Shown piece by piece: positions 46,455 through 57,095 of a stretch of DNA of 64,000 nt (within the stretch, counting starts at the first letter, position 1; each line of letters opens with the position of its first letter). The stretch is taken from IMG/VR virus record IMGVR_UViG_3300030419_001717, positions 6,373-70,372 of that record; one strand, given 5' to 3'. This DNA comes from a virus. The position numbers and the translations under genes were made by a program. Below the pieces are notes generated by a model, which was not told where the DNA came from, ran no database searches, and saw only the letters and a list, made by a program, of their open reading frames with translations.

Positions 46455-49400
46455 TCATGCTATAGTTGTCCTCCATGAAACATTACTAGAACTTGCTAAT
46501 GTATCTCTAGAAGTTCCTCGAATGTTAGTATAATCCATTACAAATAATCTAGCGTTGTGAGGGTAGGTTGGTTTTTCACCACCACCAGTAGTTGAAGCAT
46601 CATATTCTGTTAATTCTTTAGTATTAAAAATATATTCACCGGGCATTTCTGGACAGTATAATCTTTTATTCCATACACAAAATTCTTCTATGTATCCTGT
46701 TATGTTATCGTTAGCAGAATTAGTTGCAGTTGATGTACCTATATAGGCAGCGTCTGTAGAACCGAAATCTCTCATAGCACTACCTTCAGTAATATAATCT
46801 TCTAGTTTTCCATTAATGTGTAATGTCATAGGCATTGTTGAACCAGATTTATAGGTAACCATGACTGCTAGAGGTGTTTCACCATCTAAAGGATTGGCAG
46901 AAGTGCCTGTCATAGTGGCATCTTGCCCTGATACTACTATTTTACCTGCACTGTTAAGTCCTATATTTAATCCAGTAGTTGTGTTACCTTTAAAGAACAC
47001 TGCACCTGAAGCTGCTGGTTTTAAATGTATCATTAAAGTGTATTCTTTTTGAGAATCGTTCATTAAACCATTTGTTGCATGTGCAATAGGGAATCCTGAA
47101 AGTTTGGTTGTATCAGAGCCTGTTGTATTGGTTGAATAAAATCCATAACCATTAAATCCTTCTATACGTTGTCGTGAATAACTTGCTGAAGCAAGTCCAT
47201 AAGGGTCAGCTAATGTTGAAGAAGGGTCAGCAGTACCATTTGCTGAAGGTTTATAGAGAGCTATACTTGATGCTCCATACCCATCTTCTATACCTACTAA
47301 TGGGTCATAACCATTACCTAAGTTAGGTAAATCATTAAAAGGTATCCAGCAGAGACAGTTAGTATATTTATTTTCGATAGGATTATTATCTACCATTAAA
47401 AGTCTATACCATATGTCATCACCCTCTTCGTCCCAAGTAAATCTCACCGAATTGAGATTTTCTGTAGTCAAATCGTAGAGGTTAACATCTCCTTCAATTA
47501 CATTTATTGTGGGATTAACTTGGAAATTCGAAACTTTAGGTAATGCGTCATGATAACCAAATATATAATAAGGTTTTCTATCTTCTGCTGCGGCTACATT
47601 ACCTGTAGTCATAGTACGTGTATAATCATTACCGAACATCTCAATAGTTTGATTTGCTGTAGGTTTATTTAATTGTAATGTTGACATAAAGGGTTCATCT
47701 GGTCTTATGCCTGATTTTACGGCTTTACTAAAATCTAAATATATAGGTCTATCAGTATAACCACTCTTGATATCTACTTGTCCTCCTTCATCCTTTTCGG
47801 CATTATAATTTCCATATCCAAAGTCTGTGGTTAAATCTAAACTACTAGAAGTAATATCTCCTACGTCTAAATTCCAAGTATTTCTATAAAGAGCTGCTTT
47901 ACCAGCAGTACCTGCATCGGAAGCGTTATATCCATAGTTCCATTCATTGTAAGTTGAACCACTACCAAAAGAGAAACCAGTTTTATTACCACTCATTAAA
48001 CAAATATTATCGTAAACTTTATTTTCAGCATTACCACCATAAGCCCATGCATAACCTACATTAGCGAGTCTTCTATATAGTTTTGAAGAACCACCACCAG
48101 TTGCTCCACGAACAACAGTAGTGTCTACTGTCTTACACTGACCGGGCCAAATTTCCATGTTTATCCAATATTTTCTTGGTCCTACCCATAAAAATGGAAG
48201 GTAGGTGTTATTAGCTATAGCGCTTACATCTTGGTCAAAGAAAATCATATCTCCTTCACGTCTTCTACTCTGTTTAAGGTCCATAGATTTACCTACTAAA
48301 GATGAAGTAACCCCTGTTCCTAACTCTGCATTAGCTGATTTCCATTCAGCGTCAGTAAGATGGTTATTTTCATTTCCCATATATATTACATATGTAGAAG
48401 TTCCTACAGTAGCTTCATCAAAAAGTTCGGGTTCGTCGACTATAATACATTTACCATTTTCTCCATAAAATTCAGAGTCTATATCGAAATTAGGTATACC
48501 TATTACTCTAGCCGAAGCTATTAAGTTAGGTATTTTCTCCCAATTACTGTTTCCTGCTTGGTCTATCATACCTGTATTGGTTCCTGCCGTACCAGAAGTA
48601 GTTCCTGATAAAGCTTTAAAGAATGTAAATCCTTTTTGAGTCAAACCATCATTACTAAACCAAGCACTTCCATCAGAAGAACCTGTACCCCAAGCTATAC
48701 CGCCCGGAGCTGCTGCTGAACCTGTAGCTGAATCAATATCAAGTTGAGAAGTAAGGGCAGTTAATCTTGGTTCGGCCCCTGTAGTAGCTGCTGTATGAGA
48801 ATCTCCAGCAAACATCCAAGCTATATTATTAGTATAATCTGAATCATAAACAGTGTTATTTGCGTGATTACCTGAGAGAGTACTATACCACATGTTTGTA
48901 GTAGCTTTACTCACTCCTGAACCTATTTGTTGAGTCAACTCACTAAATGAACCGCCATAATTAAAACCATTCCATAACCACCATGAATCAAAATCATCTC
49001 CATTAGCATACATATCTGTAGTTCCACTTTCAAAACCAATAGCCAAGTATGTAGGACATACTGCATTAGGTAAATATTCACCAGAAGCATCTGGATATTC
49101 ATTATACCATGCACTATCTGTGGCGTTGTCGGTATGCGATGCTAATGCTAAGTATTGATATTGGGGGTAATTACGTAAAGATATTTGTTTAGTTAAAGCT
49201 CCAGCTCCAGCAGATGAATTATATATTTGACCATTAAATCCTGTTAAGGTTATACTGTCTACAAATGCTTCGGCTTCTCGTGCTCCACCTGTAGCAGGCC
49301 ATTCACCTGTTAAAATAGAATTTCCGGCATTATTTGTACCGAACTTCTTATCATCTGTACCTCCAGTGTCTATATATCTGAAATTTTGTAACCATACTGT

Positions 49401-51923
49401 CATATAACGAGGCCATGTAGTGGTAAAGTAACTGTGGTCCAAATCTATTGCACTACCAGATTCATAAACTTTACCGAATTCACTAGTTTCCGTCGCCGTC
49501 CTTGCCGAGGCCATTGCTGTCCCTCCACGAATTGGAGAAGTAGAGAAATCTAGGTTAAACGATGGTGGACGAGCATCTGGGTCTGCTCCTGCATTAGTAG
49601 TACCTGTTAGTGTTGAATTAACATTGGTAGTACCTGTAGGTTGTGTGACACCTGCTGTAACATAACACCTAGCTTGTGGACCAGCAATATCCCCATCATC
49701 ATTTACACCGGCCTGTGTGTTCTGTCTGAATTGGTTAGATTTAAATGGTGCTTGAGTAACATCATAACCTACCATACTTTTTCGTGGATATGGTTGAAAC
49801 ACTGTTTTAATATTAATCCATTCATCATAATCTAATCGTACACATGGTTCGTTATCAGCTGTTTCAATATTATGGTTTACGGTACCTGAAATCCTGTCTT
49901 GATTTCTCGTATAAGAAGAATTTTCACCGGGGTCTAATTTATAAGGCATTATTGTTGTTCGATTCATACCATATCCAGTATCAGCAGAGCCACCAGATAC
50001 AAGGAAATGCAGTCCATTGTAAGTGTAATATTCTCTGGCTGTAGAAGACCCAAGAACTGAAGTAGTGGAACCAGCTTTTTGACCATATATATACCAAGAT
50101 TGGTCAGTAATTAATGGGGTACATACTAAAGCAGCTTTATTATCATTGTCAGAGCTCTCTAATCTTGAATTATCAGCTACGACTGCAAAACCACCTACAA
50201 TTCCTGCTTTATTATAATAGGTTGGTGCTGCACCACCAGCAGCCCCAGCGAGCTCTTTTGTTTTTGCCCCCATGAGTGTGCGGAATAAGAAAGAATCTAA
50301 ATTATCTCCTTGTTCGGGAGGAGCATTAGACCATGTAACAACAAAAGAACGTAATAAAGTTGTGCCTTTATATGTTGCATCATCAGGTGCAATATATAGT
50401 CCTCTCATTGCTGTCGTTGAGTCAGTTGAAGTATCCCTAGACATATCTAATACAGGTGAATTGTCTGGTTGACTTTTATCCCATCCTGTTACACCCGTTA
50501 ATGTATTGGTTGATACTCCGGTCCATCGAAATACCATACCATTACATATTCCTACGCCTGCCGCATTCGCAAATCCGTGACCTGAATCGAGGGTAACGCT
50601 TGTTGAACCACTTTCTGTTAAACCATTTAATACTCCTTGATTTGTGGAGTCGCTCACACTGGCATCTATTGCCGTAAATGCAGTAGTTCCTCCACTGATT
50701 TGAATGGCTGAACCCATTTTTGTAATCTTAAATTTTATATCTACTTGTGCAGCAGTAATATTAGGACGACCATCAATGTCAACCATCCCACTAGTTAAAG
50801 AGGCTCCTCCCATGTCCATAGGGACAGGATAAGGACCTAAATCTGTAGTAACCATAGTAAATTGTGGATTTAATTGCCCAGACGCACCATAAACTGAATT
50901 TGTTTCGGCTACGCCACTAGAATTATCCCACATATGAGCCATACGTAAAGACTGACCACCTGTAGCATAGTTACTAGTATCCAATTCTAACCAGCTTTGA
51001 CACCATCCTGTTCCATCAGGGTTACCTTCCCATGCATTGGATATTGAAGGTGTTGCTATAGCTTGAACATTAAATATTGTATTTCCTTTATTGACAGGTT
51101 GAGGTGCTGCGTCTTCTCCTGCTGGAGGTTTTTCTTTTTTCTCAAAATATATTAAACTCTTTAAGTCTTTAAATTTCCATATTGGTTTAAAAACAGTATA
51201 TTTATTTAAACCTGTTCTATTGTCATAACGTGTGGTCCACAGTCCTTCTGGTTTATTTCTGCGCTGTGGTTTAATGTATATTTTTCGTTCTTTAACTGCA
51301 CCCATTCCTCCGCCTTCGGTTCTACCGAAATAAGTCTGAAGGAATTCACCAGTACCACCTTCCATATCTTCTCCGACGTGAAAGAAAGAGAAAGTACCGC
51401 CTAAATATATTTTATTAGCAGCTTGGTCAGCATCTACATAAGCGTTTTCACCTAATAATGCGCCTCCACCGGGGGCTCCAATAATTGTAACATCTCCTAT
51501 AGTTTTTTCTGCTCCATTAAAAGTTTCAGAAAACCAAGGTAAACTACTGTCCATGTGTTTTGTAATGATAGTTAAAGAATCTCCTCCAGCACCAGCTGTA
51601 CTTAATTGTGAGCCAGTTCCTTCCTTTGTTAATATTCCATCTTTTATTTTATAAGCAGTTAATTGAGGGATTTGTGAAGATTCAGAAACATCTGAACCAC
51701 TTACTACTCCCCCTAGATATATATTTTCTAGTTTACCTCCTCCATAATTTGGATTAGAAGGTACATTTCCAGAAACTACATAACGATTAGCTTTGGGTCC
51801 TCCTGAAAAATCCCAAGTTGTAGTACCAGATTGTGGTAAATCTTTAAATAAGGCGCTTAGTTTTAACGCACCACTGGTAGAAATAAAATTCTTCCTATAA
51901 TTCATATTGTTTTTAACTAACAT
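46455..51923 (-). CDS. Very large tail/receptor-binding protein with a C-terminal LamG-like domain
   Basis: 1822 aa; LHING...YIG...GYIEEFCVWNKRL. Confidence 0.75.
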   Translation of the reverse strand: MLVKNNMNYRKNFISTSGALKLSALFKDLPQSGTTTWDFSGGPKANRYVVSGNVPSNPNYGGGKLENIYLGGVVSGSDVSESSQIPQLTAYKIKDGILTKEGTGSQLSTAGAGGDSLTIITKHMDSSLPWFSETFNGAEKTIGDVTIIGAPGGGALLGENAYVDADQAANKIYLGGTFSFFHVGEDMEGGTGEFLQTYFGRTEGGGMGAVKERKIYIKPQRRNKPEGLWTTRYDNRTGLNKYTVFKPIWKFKDLKSLIYFEKKEKPPAGEDAAPQPVNKGNTIFNVQAIATPSISNAWEGNPDGTGWCQSWLELDTSNYATGGQSLRMAHMWDNSSGVAETNSVYGASGQLNPQFTMVTTDLGPYPVPMDMGGASLTSGMVDIDGRPNITAAQVDIKFKITKMGSAIQISGGTTAFTAIDASVSDSTNQGVLNGLTESGSTSVTLDSGHGFANAAGVGICNGMVFRWTGVSTNTLTGVTGWDKSQPDNSPVLDMSRDTSTDSTTAMRGLYIAPDDATYKGTTLLRSFVVTWSNAPPEQGDNLDSFLFRTLMGAKTKELAGAAGGAAPTYYNKAGIVGGFAVVADNSRLESSDNDNKAALVCTPLITDQSWYIYGQKAGSTTSVLGSSTAREYYTYNGLHFLVSGGSADTGYGMNRTTIMPYKLDPGENSSYTRNQDRISGTVNHNIETADNEPCVRLDYDEWINIKTVFQPYPRKSMVGYDVTQAPFKSNQFRQNTQAGVNDDGDIAGPQARCYVTAGVTQPTGTTNVNSTLTGTTNAGADPDARPPSFNLDFSTSPIRGGTAMASARTATETSEFGKVYESGSAIDLDHSYFTTTWPRYMTVWLQNFRYIDTGGTDDKKFGTNNAGNSILTGEWPATGGAREAEAFVDSITLTGFNGQIYNSSAGAGALTKQISLRNYPQYQYLALASHTDNATDSAWYNEYPDASGEYLPNAVCPTYLAIGFESGTTDMYANGDDFDSWWLWNGFNYGGSFSELTQQIGSGVSKATTNMWYSTLSGNHANNTVYDSDYTNNIAWMFAGDSHTAATTGAEPRLTALTSQLDIDSATGSAAAPGGIAWGTGSSDGSAWFSNDGLTQKGFTFFKALSGTTSGTAGTNTGMIDQAGNSNWEKIPNLIASARVIGIPNFDIDSEFYGENGKCIIVDEPELFDEATVGTSTYVIYMGNENNHLTDAEWKSANAELGTGVTSSLVGKSMDLKQSRRREGDMIFFDQDVSAIANNTYLPFLWVGPRKYWINMEIWPGQCKTVDTTVVRGATGGGSSKLYRRLANVGYAWAYGGNAENKVYDNICLMSGNKTGFSFGSGSTYNEWNYGYNASDAGTAGKAALYRNTWNLDVGDITSSSLDLTTDFGYGNYNAEKDEGGQVDIKSGYTDRPIYLDFSKAVKSGIRPDEPFMSTLQLNKPTANQTIEMFGNDYTRTMTTGNVAAAEDRKPYYIFGYHDALPKVSNFQVNPTINVIEGDVNLYDLTTENLNSVRFTWDEEGDDIWYRLLMVDNNPIENKYTNCLCWIPFNDLPNLGNGYDPLVGIEDGYGASSIALYKPSANGTADPSSTLADPYGLASASYSRQRIEGFNGYGFYSTNTTGSDTTKLSGFPIAHATNGLMNDSQKEYTLMIHLKPAASGAVFFKGNTTTGLNIGLNSAGKIVVSGQDATMTGTSANPLDGETPLAVMVTYKSGSTMPMTLHINGKLEDYITEGSAMRDFGSTDAAYIGTSTATNSANDNITGYIEEFCVWNKRLYCPEMPGEYIFNTKELTEYDASTTGGGEKPTYPHNARLFVMDYTNIRGTSRDTLASSSNVSWRTTIA

Positions 51924-51925
51924 AT

Positions 51926-54900
51926 CTAAATTGTTACCCTCCCGGTTCTAAAGGGATTAATACCTATTGTACTGCTCTTGGATTTTAATTTTCCTACTGT
52001 TAATGTTTCCACTACCATCGTTTTCTCTCCTGCTGTTTTGGCTTGAGCACGGTCTTGCCAATTTTTCAACATACTTCTTACGCGGTCGCCAGTATTTAAA
52101 GCTTTGTTAGAAATTATCTTACCACTAGTGTTAGGCATAAATAATTCAGGGCCCTTTTCTCCTACCACATATGGTAAATCCCGTCCTGAGAATCCACCTT
52201 GAGCCATTCCTTTAACATACATCCCATTAGCACCGAAAATTAGACCGGAAAGACCTTCATCATCGGTCATGAATCCTTTTTTAGGACCATAACCATAACC
52301 CCATCTGTCTTCATCCTTCCTTTCTTGGCTTGCCTGACCAAATTCTGCAACATCCTTTAACCCTTCGTAGACTTGTAGGATTACATCTACAATACTTTGT
52401 ATACCCGCGACAAGAGATTCCCAGCCTTGTTCAGCCAACTGATAAGCGAAGTCTGCGGCCTCTTTTATCCAATCTCGAAGGTTTCCGAATGCCTCTACTA
52501 CTGCTTTGAACCATTTATTTTCAGATATTGTTTCCCATACACCACCAAGAGCCTCCCAAATTTGTCCACCTAACCATATGAAAATACCTCCTAAAGCGTA
52601 AAATTCCATTCCTAATCTATGTACAACTGGGAAAATGGTGTCTTCCCAAGCAGCTTTAACAGTATCGGCTATTGATGCCCATGCATCTCCTAAACCATTC
52701 ATTATCCATGTAGTAACTCCTAACTCTTTGTTAAGAGTATAGATTCCATATATTACTCCTACTATGGCTAAACCTATAGCTACTATTAACAGAACAATAG
52801 GAACTGCTGTCAAAGCCCACATTGCTCCCGTTAACAGATATGTTGCTCCTGTCCAGAGAGCTGTTCCTATCGCAGTTAGGGATATACTTCCTACAAGTCC
52901 CATTAACGCAGTTGCAAGGAAACCTAGAGGAGTGAGTAAAGCCCATTTAGCAGCAGTAAGAAGTCCTGTTGCTCCCGCAGATAAGAATTCTGAAATAGTT
53001 TCAGCGTTTGTCCATGCAGTATAAATCTTTTTGGCAAGTATTACTAGTGGATATAATGGAAGTAATAACATCATGCCTATTCTTAAAGCACCTTTAGCAG
53101 CATTGTTTGCCCAAGTTGCTCCAGCAGATAGGAAATCTGCAACACTCTCAGCGTTAGTCCATGCAGTATAAACTTTTTTGACTGCTATCACTACTAAATA
53201 TAATGGAGGGAATAATATCATTGCTGCATATAAGGCATATTTAGCTATCGTCAGTGCCATGTCTGCCATCCATTCTTTTACAGTAGCCGCAGCAGATGCT
53301 AATTTAGCTTTAACTCCTTCCCATGTGGATATTGTATTACCCTTTCTAATGTAATTCGACATAAATAAGAAATAATTGTGTCTTATTAATTGTAGTGTTG
53401 ACATTTCTTGTAACCGTGTTTCCTGTAGGAATCCAGCATAATAAGTACTTTGTAACATAATTCGTATAGCATTATATGCATTAGATATACCTAATTGTAT
53501 ATTTCCAAATTGAAGAACTTTATTTAGAATATGATATGCTACTACTACCTTAAGTAAATCAGTAGGCATTTTTTCTAATAATCCTACTACTACCTTTAAT
53601 GGTATAGCATACATTTGTAATATACTAATACCAAAAGAACCTTCTTCTGAAAATCTCCTTAAAACAACAACTGTTTTTTGTAATAAATCGACCATAAGAC
53701 CAACACCATTAACAGCTATATCTTGTATATTTTGACCAAATGCAGTTAATTCATACCCTGCTTCAGTTTCTGCCACGAGTAAATCTTTAAGTGTTTGTAC
53801 TCCATCTACTAAGGCTTGATGAAAAGCGTTCATATACTGAGTTCCTTCATAATTTGCGTCTCTCATAAAGAAAACTGCTGCTATATTATTCTTCAGAATC
53901 TGTGTTTGTGCCTGAATTGATTCATTTTGAATTCTAACCATTTCGTCCAATTCTCCACCAGATTCTGCTGTATCACGAACTGCTTTATCAAACTCTTCAG
54001 CGTTTTGTACTAAGTGAATAAACGCAGTAGCACCACGCACATTCAAATCATCAATTAATGTTGTAAGTAATTCTGTATTGTTAGCTACTTCATCACCTAC
54101 AGCTTCTTTAAATCTCATTGCTATTTCTGTAAGGGGTAGCATTTCCCCTGCGGCATCTTTAATGTTGATACCCATTTTCTTAAAAGCAGCTGTATTATCC
54201 TCTGCTTTTTCTGCAAATTCTGCTAAAGCCTGTCTTAAACCACGACCTGCAATACCAGCCTCTAAAGCTCTATTAGTCAAGACCTGTAAAGCACCTAACA
54301 GTTGGTCTATAGATTGCCCTGTAGCGGTAAAGAAAGGTAGAGCAAACTTAACAGCGCTTGATAAATCTTCATACTCTATTAAAGACTTCTGAATAGCATG
54401 TGCAAATTTATCTGTCACTTGTGATGCTTCATTCATCTCTAATCCGAAACCTTTGATAGTCTGTGTGGTTAATTTAGAAATAGTATTATGGTCACCTTGC
54501 ACAGCCATAGATAATTTTAAAGTTTCTGGTAACACTGTCATTGCCTCATCAGCGGTTAAACCTGCCGATGCAAGTTGATAAAGACCAGTGGCACCATTTT
54601 GCATCTCCAATCCAAATTGTTGACCAAATTGAGTAACCATTTCACCAGTGTCAAATAATGTATCTCTGGTTTCCATCCAAACTGAGTTTGCATTTAAGAG
54701 CTCTCTTTCGAATTCTACTAAAGCTTGTGTATTTTGTGAAAGTTTATAATAGAAAGCTGTCATAGCTGCGACAGTTTCTTTTAAAGCGTCTGTAAATCCT
54801 CTTTTAAGTCCGTCTATTGCTTGGTTAGTGAGAACCTTAATATTTTGTGTTTGTTTCTTAGTTTCTACGTTAACGTCTTTAACTGCTTTTTCGTGTTTTT

Positions 54901-55627
54901 TATAGAGGGCTATTAATTCTTTTTCTTCTTTATTTAATTTAGATTCTTCCTTAGCTAAAGCTGCCACTAATTTACTGTGGTCTCTTTCCAAGATATTTAT
55001 TTCTTTAAGCTGTTGTTTATTTTCTTCGTGAAGTGCTACTTTTTTCTTTAAATCATCTACAGTAGCTTTACCAGCTTTAACTAATTTACCAGTATCTATT
55101 ACAGCTTGTTTGGAACCTTCAGCTCTATCCTTGAAAAAGTCTACTACAGCTGAGCGTTGTTCTTTAGTCATCTTGGTAAAGTTTTGCATCATCTTTGCCA
55201 TCTGTTGTGACTCAGACATTGCAGCTTTACCAGTCATTTTTATACCCTTAAATAGAGCATTAAATTGACCGGGAGCAGCTTTACCCATTTTAGATTTTAA
55301 TTTAGCAATCGCTCCACCTGTTTCAAGAGCCATCGCTCCACTACTACTTAAAGAACGTATCTTTTTAATAGTTCGAGCAGAAGAACCTTCTAATTCTTTA
55401 GCTGATTTGGCTTGAAAAGATTTAATAGCTTTACCTTGAGCATTTAAAGCTTGTGAAGTTGATGCTAAGTTCTGTTTTGCGGCCTCTAATTTCTTAGCCC
55501 GCATTTTACTATAGATTCCGCCGACAGCACCTGCAATAAGACCTCCTGCCTTATTCAAAGATTGCTGTGAAGGTACAGCTAATCCGACTGCAACACGAGC
55601 AGCAAAAACCTGACCTGCAAAACCCAT
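51926..55627 (-). CDS. Tail tape measure protein
   Basis: TP901-like core (GLYQLASAG...AGRGLRQAL), A/W-rich amphipathic repeats, VVGEKGPELF motif. Confidence 0.93.
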   Translation of the reverse strand: MGFAGQVFAARVAVGLAVPSQQSLNKAGGLIAGAVGGIYSKMRAKKLEAAKQNLASTSQALNAQGKAIKSFQAKSAKELEGSSARTIKKIRSLSSSGAMALETGGAIAKLKSKMGKAAPGQFNALFKGIKMTGKAAMSESQQMAKMMQNFTKMTKEQRSAVVDFFKDRAEGSKQAVIDTGKLVKAGKATVDDLKKKVALHEENKQQLKEINILERDHSKLVAALAKEESKLNKEEKELIALYKKHEKAVKDVNVETKKQTQNIKVLTNQAIDGLKRGFTDALKETVAAMTAFYYKLSQNTQALVEFERELLNANSVWMETRDTLFDTGEMVTQFGQQFGLEMQNGATGLYQLASAGLTADEAMTVLPETLKLSMAVQGDHNTISKLTTQTIKGFGLEMNEASQVTDKFAHAIQKSLIEYEDLSSAVKFALPFFTATGQSIDQLLGALQVLTNRALEAGIAGRGLRQALAEFAEKAEDNTAAFKKMGINIKDAAGEMLPLTEIAMRFKEAVGDEVANNTELLTTLIDDLNVRGATAFIHLVQNAEEFDKAVRDTAESGGELDEMVRIQNESIQAQTQILKNNIAAVFFMRDANYEGTQYMNAFHQALVDGVQTLKDLLVAETEAGYELTAFGQNIQDIAVNGVGLMVDLLQKTVVVLRRFSEEGSFGISILQMYAIPLKVVVGLLEKMPTDLLKVVVAYHILNKVLQFGNIQLGISNAYNAIRIMLQSTYYAGFLQETRLQEMSTLQLIRHNYFLFMSNYIRKGNTISTWEGVKAKLASAAATVKEWMADMALTIAKYALYAAMILFPPLYLVVIAVKKVYTAWTNAESVADFLSAGATWANNAAKGALRIGMMLLLPLYPLVILAKKIYTAWTNAETISEFLSAGATGLLTAAKWALLTPLGFLATALMGLVGSISLTAIGTALWTGATYLLTGAMWALTAVPIVLLIVAIGLAIVGVIYGIYTLNKELGVTTWIMNGLGDAWASIADTVKAAWEDTIFPVVHRLGMEFYALGGIFIWLGGQIWEALGGVWETISENKWFKAVVEAFGNLRDWIKEAADFAYQLAEQGWESLVAGIQSIVDVILQVYEGLKDVAEFGQASQERKDEDRWGYGYGPKKGFMTDDEGLSGLIFGANGMYVKGMAQGGFSGRDLPYVVGEKGPELFMPNTSGKIISNKALNTGDRVRSMLKNWQDRAQAKTAGEKTMVVETLTVGKLKSKSSTIGINPFRTGRVTI

Positions 55628-55628
55628 A

Positions 55629-56105
55629 CTATTCTACCGTCTTATATTCTGTATTTTTCAATTCCTTCTTTTCATACGTTGGTGGTATTAGATTTCTATT
55701 CTCTAATGTGGGTTCATTTCCTCCTAGACCATCGTCGACAGGGGTTCTAAGTTCTGTTCCCTCTTGTGATGAAGGTAAAGCATTTTCATCTAGAAGAGAG
55801 TTACTCTTGAACGTGTCAAAACTTTGGGCTATTTCTTGCTTTCCAACCATTGTCTTATATTTTCTTTGCTTGGCTACATATCTATGCCATGTTTGTCTTA
55901 TACTAGGCTGATTTTTAGCCATCTCACTTACATTTTTATCTGTATAGCCATCCATACAGTGTAATTCTTCATATTCATTATAGGCTTGTAAAAGCCCTTG
56001 CAGCTCATAATTGGGAGTATTTTTTATTTCCTCCCATGACATGCCTAAATATTTCATCAGTGGAATCCAGAGTAACACCGGTTCAGGTGTCTCCGTCATC
56101 CTCAA
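55629..56105 (-). CDS. Tail assembly chaperone, frameshift extension (gpT-like)
   Basis: LGMSWEEI...P pattern; in the -1 frame of the upstream ORF. Confidence 0.75.
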   Translation of the reverse strand: MRMTETPEPVLLWIPLMKYLGMSWEEIKNTPNYELQGLLQAYNEYEELHCMDGYTDKNVSEMAKNQPSIRQTWHRYVAKQRKYKTMVGKQEIAQSFDTFKSNSLLDENALPSSQEGTELRTPVDDGLGGNEPTLENRNLIPPTYEKKELKNTEYKTVE

Positions 56106-56485
56106 CGAAAATTTACAGCTGTCTCTTGCTCCATTCCGATTACTTTATTTGCTATGGTATATTTAAGTGTTGTTGGTAGTTGGTGCCAATTCTCTTCGGT
56201 AATTGTAGCATTATCTGGACTCTTTTCGTTTGCTTTAAGAATCATTTTGAGAACTCTTTCTGTTCCTATCTTTTGATAGTATTCGTTTTGTTCTGCTTCA
56301 TTTTTGAATTTGAGTTTATTCATCTTTGGTTCTTCGTTTTCTGTTAATTCAGAATACTGAATATCTAACATCTTTCCTCTAAACTCAATGCTTTCGGATA
56401 ATACTTTTTCCGTTAAACCGGTTAGGTCCTCCATCGACCACACTTCTTGTTCTTTTTCTTCTTCTTTTATCTCTTTTTCAGACAT
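56102..56485 (-). CDS. Tail assembly chaperone (gpG-like)
   Basis: Between the tail tube and tape measure genes; ends in slippery A AAT TTT. Confidence 0.8.
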   Translation of the reverse strand: MSEKEIKEEEKEQEVWSMEDLTGLTEKVLSESIEFRGKMLDIQYSELTENEEPKMNKLKFKNEAEQNEYYQKIGTERVLKMILKANEKSPDNATITEENWHQLPTTLKYTIANKVIGMEQETAVNFR

Positions 56486-56520
56486 TTTTTCCTCCTAAAA
56501 GGAGGGGACTAAGTCCCCCC

Positions 56521-57084
56521 TTATAGTGCTGCACCACTGGTTGCAGTTGTATAATTAGCTGAACCAATACGTGGTGTTACGTATGACATGAATTCAATAG
56601 TTTCCTCTTGAACTCCGTCTGCGTTAATCGTAGTAGTATGTGACTGTACACATGCATTAGGTACAGTAAATACTTCTGAGCTACTCTTTAATTGGACATA
56701 TATTCTATATCCATGAGTAATTGTTGGTTCTTCTAAACCATACCATTCTTGACTTGCTCCAGATACTCCAAAGCGAGCTTTATTGAAGACAGTATCCCAT
56801 TCGTCGTTTGTCTTCTTTTTGGTAATAGTTAAAACCGTTTCCTTTTTAATTTCAGCTTTGGTTTGGGAGCGCATACCATAATAAGATATGTCTTCATCCA
56901 TTGCTCCAATAGAAAGGTCTACTCCTGTAACATCAGGGAAAGTAGAACTTCCAGAGCCTAAAGCTGCGGCAGTACCTGAAGCGGCTGCACTTATTGTTAA
57001 AGCATCAGCAGCTGCGGTAAGCCCTATCGTTGAATTTTCAGTAGCCAAAGCAACTGATACATCTCTACCTAGAAAGTATACCAT
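56521..57084 (-). CDS. Tail tube protein paralog 2
   Basis: MVYFLGRDV...TGVDLSIGAMDEDI...NADGVQEETIEF; position before the chaperones. Confidence 0.72.
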   Translation of the reverse strand: MVYFLGRDVSVALATENSTIGLTAAADALTISAAASGTAAALGSGSSTFPDVTGVDLSIGAMDEDISYYGMRSQTKAEIKKETVLTITKKKTNDEWDTVFNKARFGVSGASQEWYGLEEPTITHGYRIYVQLKSSSEVFTVPNACVQSHTTTINADGVQEETIEFMSYVTPRIGSANYTTATSGAAL

Positions 57085-57095
57085 ATTAATTCACC

